A stretch of DNA of 64,000 nucleotides from Candidatus Acidiferrales bacterium (GCA_035545075.1 DASZZJ010000099.1:3881-67880), one strand, 5' to 3'; shown: positions 50,052-61,539, numbered from the stretch's first letter. A program made the numbers and translations. Notes: a model not told the origin generated them from the letters alone.

Positions 50052-50882
50052 CTAGCGGATGCGGGCGATGCGGCCTTGCGCTTCGGCGGGGAACTTCTGG
50101 AATTGGAGCGGGTCGTGGCCAGGGACGACGCGGTCGGGCGAGCCGGCAAGCTGGATCATGCGCTCCTGCTGCTTGATGTTGGCGGGCTGGTCGGCGTCGG
50201 AAAACGTCGCGCTGGCCTTGTGCTCGGCGAGATTCCGGTAGAGGTAGCAATTGTCCGATGCCAGAACGAACGGCGGATTGCCGTCCACGCGAATATATTG
50301 TGACGCAAAAGTATGGCGCGAACCGGTGTAGGCGCGGATGCCCGGCAGAATTTCCACGTTGTCGCCATCCACCAGCCGCAGTCGTCCCTGCGTGTTAAGT
50401 TCGACAAGAAACTTGACGTCTTCCGGCTCGATGCCGCCGTGTTTGCCACCGGGTTGCCAGGCTTCGCCGGTGTAATAGGCAAATTCCTGCTTCTGAATCC
50501 AGACGATGGCCTTCGGGAAAAGATCGATACCGTCCATGTGATCCCAGTGCGCGTGGCTGATGATGATGTCGGTGACTTCCTCGGGCTTCACACCGGCGAG
50601 TTTTACGGCTTCGTCGGGGCGCAGATAGTCTTTTTCCTGGAAGGCCTTTAACCATTTCTCGCGGTGGAATCCGCTGTCGAAGAGAATTGTCCGCCCGCCG
50701 CCGCGGATGAGCCAGAGAACCATGGCGATGTCCAGCTTTTCGTCTTTCGGAGCGCCCCTCACAAGCTCCGAGACCGGAAACCCCGGAACCGTCGAATAGC
50801 GGATGGCGTGGATCGAATAGTCGGGCGTGGGGGCGGCTGGCAGCAGGAAGCTCAGCAGGGCCAATAACGCGATACGTTTCAT
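50052..50882 (-). CDS. Secreted MBL-fold hydrolase, N-acyl-homoserine-lactonase-like family
   Basis: GGAGG RBS, signal peptide, LFDSG, SHAHWDH, ASD, PGHD. Confidence 0.85.
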   Translation of the reverse strand: MKRIALLALLSFLLPAAPTPDYSIHAIRYSTVPGFPVSELVRGAPKDEKLDIAMVLWLIRGGGRTILFDSGFHREKWLKAFQEKDYLRPDEAVKLAGVKPEEVTDIIISHAHWDHMDGIDLFPKAIVWIQKQEFAYYTGEAWQPGGKHGGIEPEDVKFLVELNTQGRLRLVDGDNVEILPGIRAYTGSRHTFASQYIRVDGNPPFVLASDNCYLYRNLAEHKASATFSDADQPANIKQQERMIQLAGSPDRVVPGHDPLQFQKFPAEAQGRIARIR

Positions 50883-50955
50883 GGTTTCCTCCCCGGGCGG
50901 TCGTGGATGCGCATTCTAGCCGAGGAAGGAGAGATGCTCGGGGAAAAAAGCGAGG

Positions 50956-51062
50956 ATGCCGCCCTTCCCGGCACAAACCGCCGGGACGCGAACGGCGCGA
51001 AAGGGCGGCGCTACAAAGGCAAGTGCGGCTGATGAAGATGGCGGCATAAAGCCGCCGCTACA
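50956..51062. repeat. REP-like palindromes
   Basis: GCCGCCCTT..AAGGGCGGC enclosing CCGGGACGCGAACGGCGCG (18/19 identical to 29110-29128); GGCGGCATAAAGCCGCC. Confidence 0.6.
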
Positions 51063-51090
51063 GACAGAGAACAGAAGGGGAAGCCGCGCG

Positions 51091-51372
51091 TTAAGTGGGG
51101 CGGCGCGAAACGAGAGCAAAATCGCGCAGGGCGGACACGTTCGGCCCATACGCGCCAATGCGTCCGGCATCCACCGGCAGGCCTAGCCGTTCGGCCAAAT
51201 CCAGATTGATACCGGCGTCATCCAGTTCCGAGAGGCTGAAGCCGGCCGCCGGCAGTACGCGGTTAATCCCCGTGGGATATACGGGCCGCGGGGGCCGCAG
51301 CCTCTGCCCGGGACGGCGGGCGATTTCGAAGAATTGCCGCCAGTCGCGTTTGTGCCAGGTCGTCATACTCAT
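51091..51372 (-). CDS. Small protein resembling ribosomal protein eL13 (L13e) core
   Basis: GFSLSELDDAGI..AERLGLPVD..NVSAL matches the eL13 pattern GFSL.EL..AG....A..LG..VD.RR....NV..L. Confidence 0.65.
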   Translation of the reverse strand: MSMTTWHKRDWRQFFEIARRPGQRLRPPRPVYPTGINRVLPAAGFSLSELDDAGINLDLAERLGLPVDAGRIGAYGPNVSALRDFALVSRRPT

Positions 51373-51649
51373 TCTCACTGTGCCGCTACTGCCCGATTGG
51401 ATGCTTGAATCCCCTCCAAGGTTCCCTGCTTCTTCCTCTTCGGTCTGTGTACGCCCGGGCATGGCACATATCCATATACTCCTGAACTCGCTGCGCAAGT
51501 GATTTTCCTTGCCTATTGTTTCAAACACGTTACGTGCCTGGAAGTTTCGCGCCAACCCGGGTTCGGGCCAGTATCAGGCAGCCGGCATAGGGCGTATTCG
51601 CGGCACTGGTATACTGGGCGGGAAGCCCACTCCGGGGTGCGAAAAACGC

Positions 51650-52930
51650 ATGGCCACTGCGCACATCGTCGTCCATTACCACGAGCTCTGGCTCAAGGGG
51701 GGAAACCGCAAGTTTTTTCAAAGCAAGATGCGGATCGGCCTGAAGCGCGCCCTCGAAGGGCTTCGTGTCGCCCGGATCACGGAGCCGGGCAGCCGTTATG
51801 TGGTGGAACTCGCCGATGCCTCCCAACTGGCTGAAGCTCTAGCGCGGCTGGAACGCGTCTTTGGCATCGCCAATCTCGGCGTGGCGCGTGCCGTTCAGCG
51901 CGAGAAACAGGGCATGGCGAACACCGTGACTCCCGGCGAATTTTCGGACGACCCGCTCGGACCGCTGCGCGAAGCGGCCTGGGAGGAGGTCCGCGGCGAA
52001 CAATTCACTACTTTTGCCGTGCGCGCGAAACGCAGCGACAAGCGCTTTCCGGCCGATGCACTGACGATCGAGCGCCAAGTGGGCGGCTACCTGCACGACC
52101 AGTTGGTCGCCGCCGGGCGCCAGGTCCGCGTGGACCTGCGAAAGCCTGAGCTCACCTGCCGGATCGAGATCACGCCGGGCCCCATTTTCATCTATGCCCG
52201 GCGAATCCCGGGGGCGGGCGGTCTGCCCGCCAACACGGCCGGCCGGCTGACCTGTCTTCTCTCCGGTGGGTTCGATTCCGCGGTCGCCGCGTTCAAACTG
52301 ATGCGGCGAGGCGCGCATGTGGATTTCGTGCATTTCTGGGGAGGCGGGGCGCGGCCCGGTGAATCCTCCGTTCACGTGGCGCGTGAGCTGGTGAAGCGGC
52401 TCGTTCCCTGGCAGCACACGGCAAGACTCTATCTCGTTCCGTTCGAACCTATGCAGCGCGAGATCGTCCGCAGCGCCCCGGAGCGTTTTCGCATCCTGCT
52501 CTACCGCCGGCTGATGTTGCGCATCGCCACCCGCATTGGGCGCGCCGGACGCTCCAAAGGGCTGATCACCGGAGACAGCCTTGGCCAGGTCGCCTCGCAG
52601 ACGCTGCAGAACATGGCTGCCGTGGGGGCAGCGACCCGGCTTCCGATCTACCGGCCGCTCGCCGGCGACGACAAGCTGGAAATCCTCGCGCTCGCCCGGA
52701 AAATCGGCACGCACGACATCTCCGCCGAGCCATTCCACGACTGCTGCCCGGTTTTTCAACCGAAAGCGCCAGCCCTCTTCGCCACGCCGGAGGAGTTGGA
52801 CGCGGCGGAATCGCAACTGGATTTGGAGGAGATGGTGAGAAGCGCTCTGGCCACCACGACCGTGATGCGCTACCGCTACACGGGTGGGAGGGTCGAGGCC
52901 GCTGAGGTTTTGCGCAAGGCAACAGCCTAG
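51650..52930 (+). CDS. thiI: tRNA 4-thiouridine synthase (THUMP + PP-loop, no rhodanese domain)
   Basis: ELWLKGGNR, AVRAKRSDKRF, SGGFDS, TGDSLGQVASQT, DCC. Confidence 0.93.
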   Translation: MATAHIVVHYHELWLKGGNRKFFQSKMRIGLKRALEGLRVARITEPGSRYVVELADASQLAEALARLERVFGIANLGVARAVQREKQGMANTVTPGEFSDDPLGPLREAAWEEVRGEQFTTFAVRAKRSDKRFPADALTIERQVGGYLHDQLVAAGRQVRVDLRKPELTCRIEITPGPIFIYARRIPGAGGLPANTAGRLTCLLSGGFDSAVAAFKLMRRGAHVDFVHFWGGGARPGESSVHVARELVKRLVPWQHTARLYLVPFEPMQREIVRSAPERFRILLYRRLMLRIATRIGRAGRSKGLITGDSLGQVASQTLQNMAAVGAATRLPIYRPLAGDDKLEILALARKIGTHDISAEPFHDCCPVFQPKAPALFATPEELDAAESQLDLEEMVRSALATTTVMRYRYTGGRVEAAEVLRKATA

Positions 52931-53100
52931 TATTGTTTAGACTAGATGTGTCGCTGTGTTCGCCGAACCAAACTGCCATCGCCCTCGACGGACGATCAGC
53001 TCAGTTTAGCTGCAAAGAGTTGGAACAAGAATCGTCGCGGAATGCACACACCCGCAAAGGGGTCTGCTCCGTAGACGAGGAGAAGGAGGGAAGTTGCGGA

Positions 53101-53472
53101 TTACCAGCGGTTGCCGCGGTCGCCGCGATCCCCGCCGCCACGTCCGCGCCCACCTCCGCCGCCATGTCCGCGGCCGCCGCCTCCGCCGCCGAACCCGCGG
53201 CCGCCGCCTCCGCCGCCGCGCTCGGTCTGCGGCCGGGCTTCGTTGACGACGAGGTTTCGCCCACCGAAATTCTGGCCATTGAGCGAAGTAATCGCGCGCT
53301 CCGCTTCTTCATCGCTTGTGATCTCCACGAACGCGAAGCCGCGTGACTGGCCGGTGAAACGGTCTCGAACGAGGTTGATTGCCGAGGGATTACAGCCCGC
53401 CTGAGTGAACCATTCCTGAAGCTGTTCTTCCGTGGCTGAAAACGGAAGATTCCCAACGTATAGCTTCTTCAC
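53101..53472 (-). CDS. RRM RNA-binding protein with Gly/Arg-rich tail
   Basis: AAGGAG RBS + GTG; KLYVGNL (RNP2), RGFAFVE (RNP1), VNEARP, RGG repeats. Confidence 0.93.
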   Translation of the reverse strand: MKKLYVGNLPFSATEEQLQEWFTQAGCNPSAINLVRDRFTGQSRGFAFVEITSDEEAERAITSLNGQNFGGRNLVVNEARPQTERGGGGGGRGFGGGGGGRGHGGGGGRGRGGGDRGDRGNRW

Positions 53473-53771
53473 CTGCTGACTCCTTCTGCCATCTGCCCAG
53501 AACGCCTTTGCGAGCCGAGGCACACTGAAGAGATAGAGTTCGGTCGCGGGCAGTCCGGAAAGAGCCAGGCCACCGCGGGCGCGAGACTGTACTTCAGCGT
53601 TCCCTTGCATCCTCTCGAAAAATTGACGACTTGGCAACTGGAAAGAACCGGAAGCGGCCTCCGCCGCACGGGGCTTCCCCGGGCGGGCTCCCAAGCGGAT
53701 CCGCGGCCCGGCGAGCAGCCGGATTAAGTGATAGGATGCGAGGAAGTCTGGATTTTCCTCGTGAGGTCACG

Positions 53772-55388
53772 ATGCGCGGAACGATGATGCAGTTTCCGCT
53801 GACTCTGCCCACAATCCTCGAACGGGCTGGAAAGATATTCTCCAATGTGGAGATCGTTTCCCGCCGCCCGGACAGGACGGCCGTCCGCACCACGTTCGGC
53901 GCGTTCTACCGCCGCGCCCGCCGGCTGGCTTCGGCGCTGACCCTCCTCGGCCTGCGGCGCGGCGACCGCGTCGCCTCACTCATGTGGAACCACTCCGGCC
54001 ATCTGGAAGCGTTTTTCGGAGTGCCCTGCGCCGGTGGCATCCTCCACACGCTCAATCTCCGCCTTCATCCGCAGGAGATCGCCGCCATCGCCAAGCATGC
54101 CCGCGACCGGTTCCTCCTCATTGACGACGTCCTGCTTCCCCACTTCGAGAAGTTCCGCGGAGACTATTCCTTCGAACGCGTCATCGTCGTCCCCTACGGC
54201 GGCTGCGGCGTGCCGGAGGGCTTTCTGGACTATGAAGAATTACTCGCCACCGCCGGCGAGGATTTCCGTTACCCCGAACTCGACGAAAACGACGGCGCGG
54301 CGATGTGTTTTACGTCCGGCACGACGGGGGCCTCCAAGGGTGTGATCTACTCTCACCGCGCTCTCGTCCTGCATTCCTTCGCGCAGGGACTCGTGGACTC
54401 CTTCGGCATCGGACACCACGACACCGTTTTGAGCGTCGCACCGATGTTCCACGCGAATGCATGGGGCCTGCCCTACACCTGCGCGATGCTGGGGGCCCGG
54501 CTCATCCTTCCCGGCCCCAACGTGGACCCGGAGAGCGTGCTGGACCTGCTTGTTCAGGAGCGCGTGACGATCGCCTGCGGCGTCCCCACCGTTTGGATCG
54601 GAGTCCTCGACGCGCTCGAGAAAAAACCCGGCCGCTGGAGATTCCCCGCGCCCGTCCGCCTCTGCGTCGGCGGAACCGCCCCGCCGCTCGAGCTAATCCG
54701 GCGGCTCGACCAGTTCGGGCTCCGCATCATGCATCTCTGGGGCATGACGGAGACGACCCCGATCGCCACCACCAGCCGGCTGAAAGCGTCCATGCTCGAT
54801 TGGTCTGAAGAAAAACAGTATGAAGTCCGCGCGAAACAGGGCTGGCCCCTGCCGTTCGTCGAGCTCCGCGTCATGCGCCCGGAGGGCGAGGCGCCGTGGG
54901 ACGGCGAAACACCTGGAGAGCTCGAAGTGCGCGGGCCCTGGGTCGCCGGCTGCTACTACGACGCGCCGGACGAGGCCCACCGCTGGACCGCCGACGGCTG
55001 GTTCAAGACCGGCGACATCGCCACGATGGATTCCGAAGGCATTGTGAAGATCGTGGATCGCGCGAAAGACCTCGTGAAATCCGGCGGCGAATGGATCAGC
55101 TCGGTGGATCTGGAAAACACGCTGATGGGGCATCCCGCCGTGAAGGAGGCCGCCGTCATTGGCATCCCGCACCCCAAGTGGCAGGAGCGCCCGCTCGCAG
55201 CCGTCGTTCTGAAAGACGGGGCAAAAGTCACTGAGCAGGAGCTTCACGCATTCCTCGCGCAATCCTTCGCGAAGTGGCAGCTCCCCGACGCCTTTGTCTT
55301 CCTGGAAGCCCTTCCACGCACCTCGGTCGGCAAGTTCAAAAAGAACGCTCTTCGCGAGCAGTTCATCGATTGGAAGTGGGAGAGCTGA
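53772..55388 (+). CDS. Fatty-acid--CoA ligase (AlkK/DmdB-like)
   Basis: [47 protein letters not shown]. Confidence 0.92.
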   Translation: MRGTMMQFPLTLPTILERAGKIFSNVEIVSRRPDRTAVRTTFGAFYRRARRLASALTLLGLRRGDRVASLMWNHSGHLEAFFGVPCAGGILHTLNLRLHPQEIAAIAKHARDRFLLIDDVLLPHFEKFRGDYSFERVIVVPYGGCGVPEGFLDYEELLATAGEDFRYPELDENDGAAMCFTSGTTGASKGVIYSHRALVLHSFAQGLVDSFGIGHHDTVLSVAPMFHANAWGLPYTCAMLGARLILPGPNVDPESVLDLLVQERVTIACGVPTVWIGVLDALEKKPGRWRFPAPVRLCVGGTAPPLELIRRLDQFGLRIMHLWGMTETTPIATTSRLKASMLDWSEEKQYEVRAKQGWPLPFVELRVMRPEGEAPWDGETPGELEVRGPWVAGCYYDAPDEAHRWTADGWFKTGDIATMDSEGIVKIVDRAKDLVKSGGEWISSVDLENTLMGHPAVKEAAVIGIPHPKWQERPLAAVVLKDGAKVTEQELHAFLAQSFAKWQLPDAFVFLEALPRTSVGKFKKNALREQFIDWKWES

Positions 55389-55403
55389 ATTCCCCAGTCC
55401 TGG

Positions 55404-56618
55404 TCAGGTCCGGTAGCTCGCGTTGATGCGGACGTATTCAGCGGTGAAATCGCAAGTCCAGACGCGCGCCGTGGCACGCCCCTCGCGCAGGTCCACGCGG
55501 ATCGGCACTTTTTCCGCCAGCAATCTCCTGTGCGCGGCGGCTTCATTGAAGGGCAGCGCGCGGCCGCGGCGATACACGGGAATCCCAGCCATGGCAATGC
55601 TAGTCTCGTCGGGATTGAATTTGACGCCTGAACGTCCCGCTGCGGCGAGGATGCGTCCCCAGTTTGGATCGCCACCGGCGAAGGCTGTCTTGACTAGCGG
55701 CGAAGTCGCAATCGTTTCCGCAACGCGCCGCGCCGCGGCTTCCGTCCGCGCGCCGCGCACTTCGATCTCGATGATCCGTTGCGCGCCCTCGCCGTCCGCG
55801 ACGATCTGCAGCGCCAGCGATTTACAGAGTTTCTCGAGCGCATTTCGAAACGCGGCGTGCCCCGAAGTTCCGGCGGTGATCCGCTTCGCTCCCGAACTTC
55901 CGTTCGCGAGCACGAGCACGGTGTCGTTGGTCGAGCTGTCGCCGTCCACGGTGATCGAATTGAACGTCTGCGCGTTGGCCGCGACGAGCGTGCGCTGCAG
56001 CAGGCCCGGCGCGATGGCCGCGTCCGTCACGATGAACGCCAGCATCGTCGCCAGGCGCGGGTGAATCATCCCGGCGCCCTTCGCACATCCGGCGAACCGC
56101 ACCGTTTTCCCGCCGATGCGGCAGGAAGCCGCAGCCCACTTCGGCCGCGTGTCAGTGGTGAGAATCGCGTGCGCAAACTCGGTGAACGAGCGCGTTGAGT
56201 CCCGGCCGGCGCGCGTCACCCGCGGCATCGCCGCGAGGATTTTTCCGACCGGCAGCGCGACACCGATCACTCCCGTCGAGCAGACAAATACCTGCTCGGG
56301 CGCGCAGCGGAGCTCGGCCGCGGCTCGCACCGCAGTCGCCTGCGAAGCAGCAGCGGCGCTTGGTCCGACCGAGCAGTTGGCGTTCCCGGAATTGACGATC
56401 GCCGCGCGCATGCGTCCCTTCGACGCGCGTAGATGCTCGCGGCAAAGGAGCACGGGAGCGGCCTTCACAAGATTGGAAGTGAAGAGCGCCGCGGCCGACG
56501 CCGGCTCATCGCTCACGAGCAGGCCAAGGTCGAGAGCGCCTGTCTTTTTCAAGCCGCAGGCCGTGGCGGCAAAGCGGAATCCACGCGGTAGGACGGCGGG
56601 CGGCTGCGGCGGCCTCAT
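55404..56618 (-). CDS. argJ: Bifunctional ornithine acetyltransferase / N-acetylglutamate synthase
   Basis: NSGNANC, STGVIG, TTDT, KGAGMIHPRLATML, DGEGA, DPNWGRI, NASYRT. Confidence 0.96.
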   Translation of the reverse strand: MRPPQPPAVLPRGFRFAATACGLKKTGALDLGLLVSDEPASAAALFTSNLVKAAPVLLCREHLRASKGRMRAAIVNSGNANCSVGPSAAAASQATAVRAAAELRCAPEQVFVCSTGVIGVALPVGKILAAMPRVTRAGRDSTRSFTEFAHAILTTDTRPKWAAASCRIGGKTVRFAGCAKGAGMIHPRLATMLAFIVTDAAIAPGLLQRTLVAANAQTFNSITVDGDSSTNDTVLVLANGSSGAKRITAGTSGHAAFRNALEKLCKSLALQIVADGEGAQRIIEIEVRGARTEAAARRVAETIATSPLVKTAFAGGDPNWGRILAAAGRSGVKFNPDETSIAMAGIPVYRRGRALPFNEAAAHRRLLAEKVPIRVDLREGRATARVWTCDFTAEYVRINASYRT

Positions 56619-58030
56619 GCTGAAGCTCCGTGCCGGGAGAGCCGGTTCCGCAACTCCGCAATCTCGGCTCGCACCGCTTCCACCGACGTGCCGCCGGGCA
56701 CCACGCGGACCGCAATCGCCGCATCGACCGATGCGCCTCCTAAGAAATCCTTCTCAAAAGCGGGCGAGATTCTCCGGACCTCTTCCAGTGAGAGTTCCGT
56801 CCAGGGCTTGCCCTGGCGTTCGGCTTCGCGCAAAACCTTTCCCACTAGGTCATGTGCCTGGCGGAATGGCACCCCGCGATGCACCAGGTAATCGGCGGCT
56901 TCCGTAGCGAGCAGCGCTGGGTCGGACGCAGCCGCGCGCAGCCGCGCTTCGTTGAACTTCGTGCCGTACACAGCCCCCATCGCTACACAGAGCATCAAGT
57001 TCATTTGGTCGTGCGCGGCAAAGATTGGTTCCTTGTCCTCCTGCAGATCGCGCTGGTAGCCGGAGGGCAGGCCCTTGAGCGTGGTGAAAAGGCTGAAGAG
57101 CGCCCCGGTGATCCTTCCCGTCTTCCCGCGGATCAGCTCCCAAGCATCCGGATTCTTCTTCTGCGGCATGAGGCTGCTTCCGGTCGAAAACTCGTCGGGA
57201 AGGATGGCGTAGCCGAACTCCTGCGAGGCAAACAATACGAAATCCTCGGCGAGGCGCGAAAGGTGCGTGGCGATGTCCGCCAGGGCGTACAGGTAATCAA
57301 GCGCAAAGTCCCGGTCGCCGACCGCATCCAGGCTGTTCGCAGTGATCCGCGAAAAACCAAGTTCGCGCGCGATGGCCGAGCGGTCCACCGGGAAAGCGCA
57401 GCCCGCCAGCGCGCCCGAACCCATCGGGCAGGCATCGGCGCTCGCGGCGGCAGCCTCGAGGCGCGTCAAATCCCGCGTGAAAGCCTCGGCGTGTGCGAGA
57501 AGGAAATGAGAGAGCAAAATCGGCTGAGCGTGCTGCATGTGGGTCATGCCGGCCATGGGCACGCCGAGGTTTGTTTGCGCTTGGTCGAGCAGGGCCTTCG
57601 CCAAAGCGGCGACCGCACGCTGTGTCTCCGCCGCAGCATCCATCACAAAGAGGCGAAAATCCGTGGCGATTAGCTCGTTGCGGCTGCGGCCTGTGTGCAC
57701 TTTCCAGCCGAGCGCGCCGAGTTCTTCAACCAGCGCCTTTTCCGTGAAGTGGTGGAGATCTTCGGCTTCCGACTGCGCGACCCAAGCGGGGTCGCTCTGG
57801 ATGCGTTCGGCGATACGGTCCAGCGCGACGTGTACCTGTTTTACTTCCGTCGCCGAAAGGACGCCCACGTGTTCAAGCGCCTTTGCCCAGGCGCGGTTCA
57901 CCCTCAGTTCGTAGGGCAGGAGCCGGCGGTCAAACGAGAAGGATCGCTGGAAGGAATCGAACGTCTCGTTGGGTCCGCGGTCGAAGCGTCCGCCCCAGAG
58001 CTTGTCGTCTTTTCGCTCGGTCATCTGCAC
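56615..58030 (-). CDS. argH: Argininosuccinate lyase
   Basis: LWGGRF, HTGRSRN, STGSSLMPQKKNPD, YQRDLQEDKE. Confidence 0.97.
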   Translation of the reverse strand: MQMTERKDDKLWGGRFDRGPNETFDSFQRSFSFDRRLLPYELRVNRAWAKALEHVGVLSATEVKQVHVALDRIAERIQSDPAWVAQSEAEDLHHFTEKALVEELGALGWKVHTGRSRNELIATDFRLFVMDAAAETQRAVAALAKALLDQAQTNLGVPMAGMTHMQHAQPILLSHFLLAHAEAFTRDLTRLEAAAASADACPMGSGALAGCAFPVDRSAIARELGFSRITANSLDAVGDRDFALDYLYALADIATHLSRLAEDFVLFASQEFGYAILPDEFSTGSSLMPQKKNPDAWELIRGKTGRITGALFSLFTTLKGLPSGYQRDLQEDKEPIFAAHDQMNLMLCVAMGAVYGTKFNEARLRAAASDPALLATEAADYLVHRGVPFRQAHDLVGKVLREAERQGKPWTELSLEEVRRISPAFEKDFLGGASVDAAIAVRVVPGGTSVEAVRAEIAELRNRLSRHGASA

Positions 58031-58034
58031 GGAC

Positions 58035-59243
58035 TCACGAACCGCTCTCGGCCTTGGCCTTCGGACGCACGGTCACGGGCAGCGCGAAAAGGTTGATGAA
58101 GCCCTCGGCGTCCTTCGGGTTGTAGCGGCCCATCGTGAAGCTGGCGAGGTCGGTGCGGTAGAGAGAGAAGGGAGAGACGCGCCGCGTGACGCTCATCGTG
58201 CCCTTCCAGAGTTTCAGCCCGACGGCGCCGGTAACGCGCTGCTGCGATACGCTGTAAAAGCCGTCAAGGGCGGCGCGCAGCGGCGAAAACCACAGGCCGT
58301 AATAGACCAGCTCGGCGTAGCGCACCGCCAGACCCTGCTGGAAATGGAGCGTCTCGCGGTCGAGCGCCAATGCCTCCAGCTCGCGATGCGCTGTGACGAG
58401 CAGCGTCCCGCCCGGTGTTTCATACGCGCCGCGGGACTTCATCCCCACCAGCCGGTTCTCCACCAGGTCCGCGCGGCCAATGCCGTGCTTCGCCGCGACC
58501 TCGTTCAACGTGTTCAACAGCTCCACCGGCCCGAGATTGCTTCCGTTCACCGACACCGGCGCGCCCGCCTCAAAACCGATCTCCACCTCCTCGGCTTTGT
58601 CCGGCGCTTTCTCCGGTGAGACGACCCACTGCCACATCGCCTCGTTTGGCGCGTTGGCCGGGTCCTCCAGATCGCCTCCTTCATGGCTGAGGTGCCAGAT
58701 GTTGCGGTCGCGGCTGTAGATATTCCTTTTCGACTGTTCGATGGGAACGTGATGCGCCCGCGCGTAGGCGATGGCGTCTTCGCGCGAACGGATGCTCCAC
58801 TCCCGCCAGGGCGCGATGATGGTCAAGTTCGGAGCGATCGCCTTGTACGCCAGCTCGAAGCGCACCTGATCGTTGCCTTTGCCGGTGCAGCCGTGCGCCA
58901 AGCCGTCGGCGCCGAGCTGCAGCGCCAGTTCCGCCTGCCGTTTCGCCAGCACCGGCCGCGCCATCGAAGTGCCCAGCAGGTAGGTGTGCTCGTACACGGC
59001 GCCCGCGCGAAGCGTCGGCCAGATGTATCCACGGACGAACTCATCGCGAAGATCTTCGACATAAGCGGAGGAAGCGCCGGTCGCCAGCGCCTTCTGGCGT
59101 GCGGCCTCCAGGTCTTCCTGTTGGCCGACGTCGCCGATCATGGCGATCACTTCGCAGCCGTAGTTCTCCTTCAGCCAGGGAATGATGATGGAGGTATCGA
59201 GTCCCCCCGAATACGCAAGCACCACCTTTTTCGGCTTGTTCAC
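58035..59243 (-). CDS. argG: Argininosuccinate synthase
   Basis: [34 protein letters not shown]. Confidence 0.98.
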   Translation of the reverse strand: MNKPKKVVLAYSGGLDTSIIIPWLKENYGCEVIAMIGDVGQQEDLEAARQKALATGASSAYVEDLRDEFVRGYIWPTLRAGAVYEHTYLLGTSMARPVLAKRQAELALQLGADGLAHGCTGKGNDQVRFELAYKAIAPNLTIIAPWREWSIRSREDAIAYARAHHVPIEQSKRNIYSRDRNIWHLSHEGGDLEDPANAPNEAMWQWVVSPEKAPDKAEEVEIGFEAGAPVSVNGSNLGPVELLNTLNEVAAKHGIGRADLVENRLVGMKSRGAYETPGGTLLVTAHRELEALALDRETLHFQQGLAVRYAELVYYGLWFSPLRAALDGFYSVSQQRVTGAVGLKLWKGTMSVTRRVSPFSLYRTDLASFTMGRYNPKDAEGFINLFALPVTVRPKAKAESGS

Positions 59244-59260
59244 CGGCCCTCTTTCGTGGA

Positions 59261-60208
59261 TTAGCTGAGCAGCGTCAGCAGGATGGCCTTCTGCACGTGC
59301 AAGCGGTTCTCCGCCTGGTCGAAAACGATTGAGCGCGGGCCGTCCAGCACCTCTTCCGTTACCTCCGACCCGCGGTGCGCCGGCAGGCAGTGCATGAACA
59401 CCGCGTCCGGCGCGGCAAGGGCCATCAGCTTCTCGTTGACCTGGAATCCTTCGAATGCGGCCTCTCGCTGCGCAGTCTCTTCTTCAAATCCCATGCTCGT
59501 CCAGGTGTCCGTATAGACAGCCTGCGCGCCAGCCACGGCTTCCGCAGGATTTTCGAAGAGCTCGATCTTGCCTTTCGTTTCCCGCGCCGTGCGCCGAGCC
59601 TCCGCGACGATCTCCGCCGCGGGGGCGTACCCCGCCGGCGTGGCGATGCGCAGATGCGCCCCGAGCCGCGCTCCAGCGATGAGCAGCGAATGGCAGACGT
59701 TGTTGCCGTCGCCGACGTAGGCCAGTTTGAGGCCGCGCGTAGCGCCGAACTTTTCCTCCAGTGTGAAAAAATCCGTCAGCGACTGGCACGGGTGGTAGCG
59801 ATCCGAGAGCGCGTTGATGACGGGGATTTTGGCCTGAGAGGCGAGAAGCTCCAGCGCCGATTGCCGGAAGACGCGCGCGACGATTCCGTGCACCCAGCGC
59901 TCCAGGCTGCGCGCCACATCCGGGATCGATTCCCGCTCGCCGAGGTGCGATTGCGTGTGGTCCAGGAAGACGGCCGAGCCGCCCATGCTCTGGATGCCGA
60001 CTTCAAAGGTCACGCGCGTCCGCAGGGACGGCTTCTCGAAGATGAGCGCGAGCACGCGCCCGCCGAGCGCGCCCCTGTAGCGGTCGGGACGGGCCTTGAT
60101 GTCCGCGGCGAGCTGCATCAGAACGCGCGTCGCGGCGGCGTTCCATTCTGCTCCGGTCAGGAGGTCGCTCGACATTAGGAGTTGCGTAGCCAGAGTGGTC
60201 GCAGTCAT
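59261..60208 (-). CDS. argF: Ornithine carbamoyltransferase
   Basis: [39 protein letters not shown]. Confidence 0.95.
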   Translation of the reverse strand: MTATTLATQLLMSSDLLTGAEWNAAATRVLMQLAADIKARPDRYRGALGGRVLALIFEKPSLRTRVTFEVGIQSMGGSAVFLDHTQSHLGERESIPDVARSLERWVHGIVARVFRQSALELLASQAKIPVINALSDRYHPCQSLTDFFTLEEKFGATRGLKLAYVGDGNNVCHSLLIAGARLGAHLRIATPAGYAPAAEIVAEARRTARETKGKIELFENPAEAVAGAQAVYTDTWTSMGFEEETAQREAAFEGFQVNEKLMALAAPDAVFMHCLPAHRGSEVTEEVLDGPRSIVFDQAENRLHVQKAILLTLLS

Positions 60209-60210
60209 GT

Positions 60211-61539
60211 TCACCTCGCCGCGGCCTTGGCCATGCAAACCCCGTCCGCCGCTGGGGCGGATTCGGGCTCGGTGACCACTCGCGGGGTTTTGGCAAGAAC
60301 CATCTCGAACAAGCGCAGGAACTCGCGCACCTGCGCCGACGTCACGGTGAAGGGCGGCAGCAGCCGCAGCGTGCGTTCGTGCGTGCAGTTGATCAGGAGT
60401 CCGCGGCGCAGCGCCTCGGCCACGAACGGCGCGCCCTCCACGTCCAGTTCGACGCCAATCATCAGGCCTTCGGCGCGCACCTCCCGGATAACTGGAAACT
60501 TCCCGGCAAGCTCTTCGATTCCCGCGCGAAGCTGCTCGCCGCGCGCGCGGACGTTTTTGAGCAGCCCTTCCTCTTCGACCGTACGCAGGAACTCCAGAGC
60601 GGCGGCGCAGACCAGCGGGCCCCCTCCGAACGTCGTGCCGTGCAACCCGGGCGAAACCGCCTCGGCGACCTCCTGCGTCGTCAGGATGGCGCCGAGCGGC
60701 AGGCCCGCGGCGAGCGGCTTCGCCACCAGGACCATGTCCGGCATCGAAGAAAATTTCTGGTAGGCGAAATAGCGCCCCGTCCGCCCCAGCCCGCACTGGA
60801 TTTCATCCGCAATCAGAAGCGCGCCGTACCGCGTCGTCAGTTGCCGCGCGAGGTTCCAGAACGCCTCGCTCACCGGGTGAATGCCACCCTCGCCCTGAAT
60901 CGTCTCCAGGATCAGGGCGCAGATAGACGAGTCCAATTTCGCTTCCAGGTCGGCAGTGTCGTTGAAGCGCACGAAATCCACGCCGGGAACGAGCGGCTCG
61001 AACGGGCGCCGGTATTTCTCCATGGCCGTGACGGAGAGCGCGCCAAACGTCCTCCCGTGAAATGCATTGTCCAGCGCGAGAATGCGAGAACGCGGCGTTT
61101 TTCGGAAATCCGCAAATAGCCGCGCCAGCTTCAGCGCGCCGTCCACCGCTTCCGTGCCGCTGTTTGCAAAAAACACCCGCTCCAGCCCCGACCACCGGGC
61201 CAGCTTGCGCGCCAACGGCCCCTGGTAAACATTGTGAAAAAGGTTCGAGAGGTGAATCGCGCGCCCCGCTTCGCGCCGGACGACCCGCACGATCCGCGGG
61301 TGCGCATGGCCCAGCGCGTTTACCGCGATGCCTCCCAGAAAATCCAAATAGGTCTTGCCCTTCGCGTCGAATACCAGCGAGCCACGCCCATGCGTGAACA
61401 CCACCCGCGGCCGCTTGTAGGTCGGGAGAAGATATTGCTCCGCCTCACGCAGTGCGGCCGCGGCGCTCCTGCCCATCGCTGTTTTCGCTTTTTTCGTTTG
61501 CGACATCTTCATTTTTCTTGCGCTGCCACGGCGCGTCAT
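60211..61539 (-). CDS. argD: Acetylornithine aminotransferase
   Basis: GGIAVNALGH, NSGTEA, FHGRT, IQGEGG, DEIQCGLGRTG, HGTTFGG; start may be 61506. Confidence 0.95.
   Translation of the reverse strand: MTRRGSARKMKMSQTKKAKTAMGRSAAAALREAEQYLLPTYKRPRVVFTHGRGSLVFDAKGKTYLDFLGGIAVNALGHAHPRIVRVVRREAGRAIHLSNLFHNVYQGPLARKLARWSGLERVFFANSGTEAVDGALKLARLFADFRKTPRSRILALDNAFHGRTFGALSVTAMEKYRRPFEPLVPGVDFVRFNDTADLEAKLDSSICALILETIQGEGGIHPVSEAFWNLARQLTTRYGALLIADEIQCGLGRTGRYFAYQKFSSMPDMVLVAKPLAAGLPLGAILTTQEVAEAVSPGLHGTTFGGGPLVCAAALEFLRTVEEEGLLKNVRARGEQLRAGIEELAGKFPVIREVRAEGLMIGVELDVEGAPFVAEALRRGLLINCTHERTLRLLPPFTVTSAQVREFLRLFEMVLAKTPRVVTEPESAPAADGVCMAKAAAR

Noticed and set aside
53104-53220. GCC/GGC tandem repeats (also at about 6060-6160)
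   Set aside because: They encode Gly/Arg-rich protein segments; not independent repeat elements.
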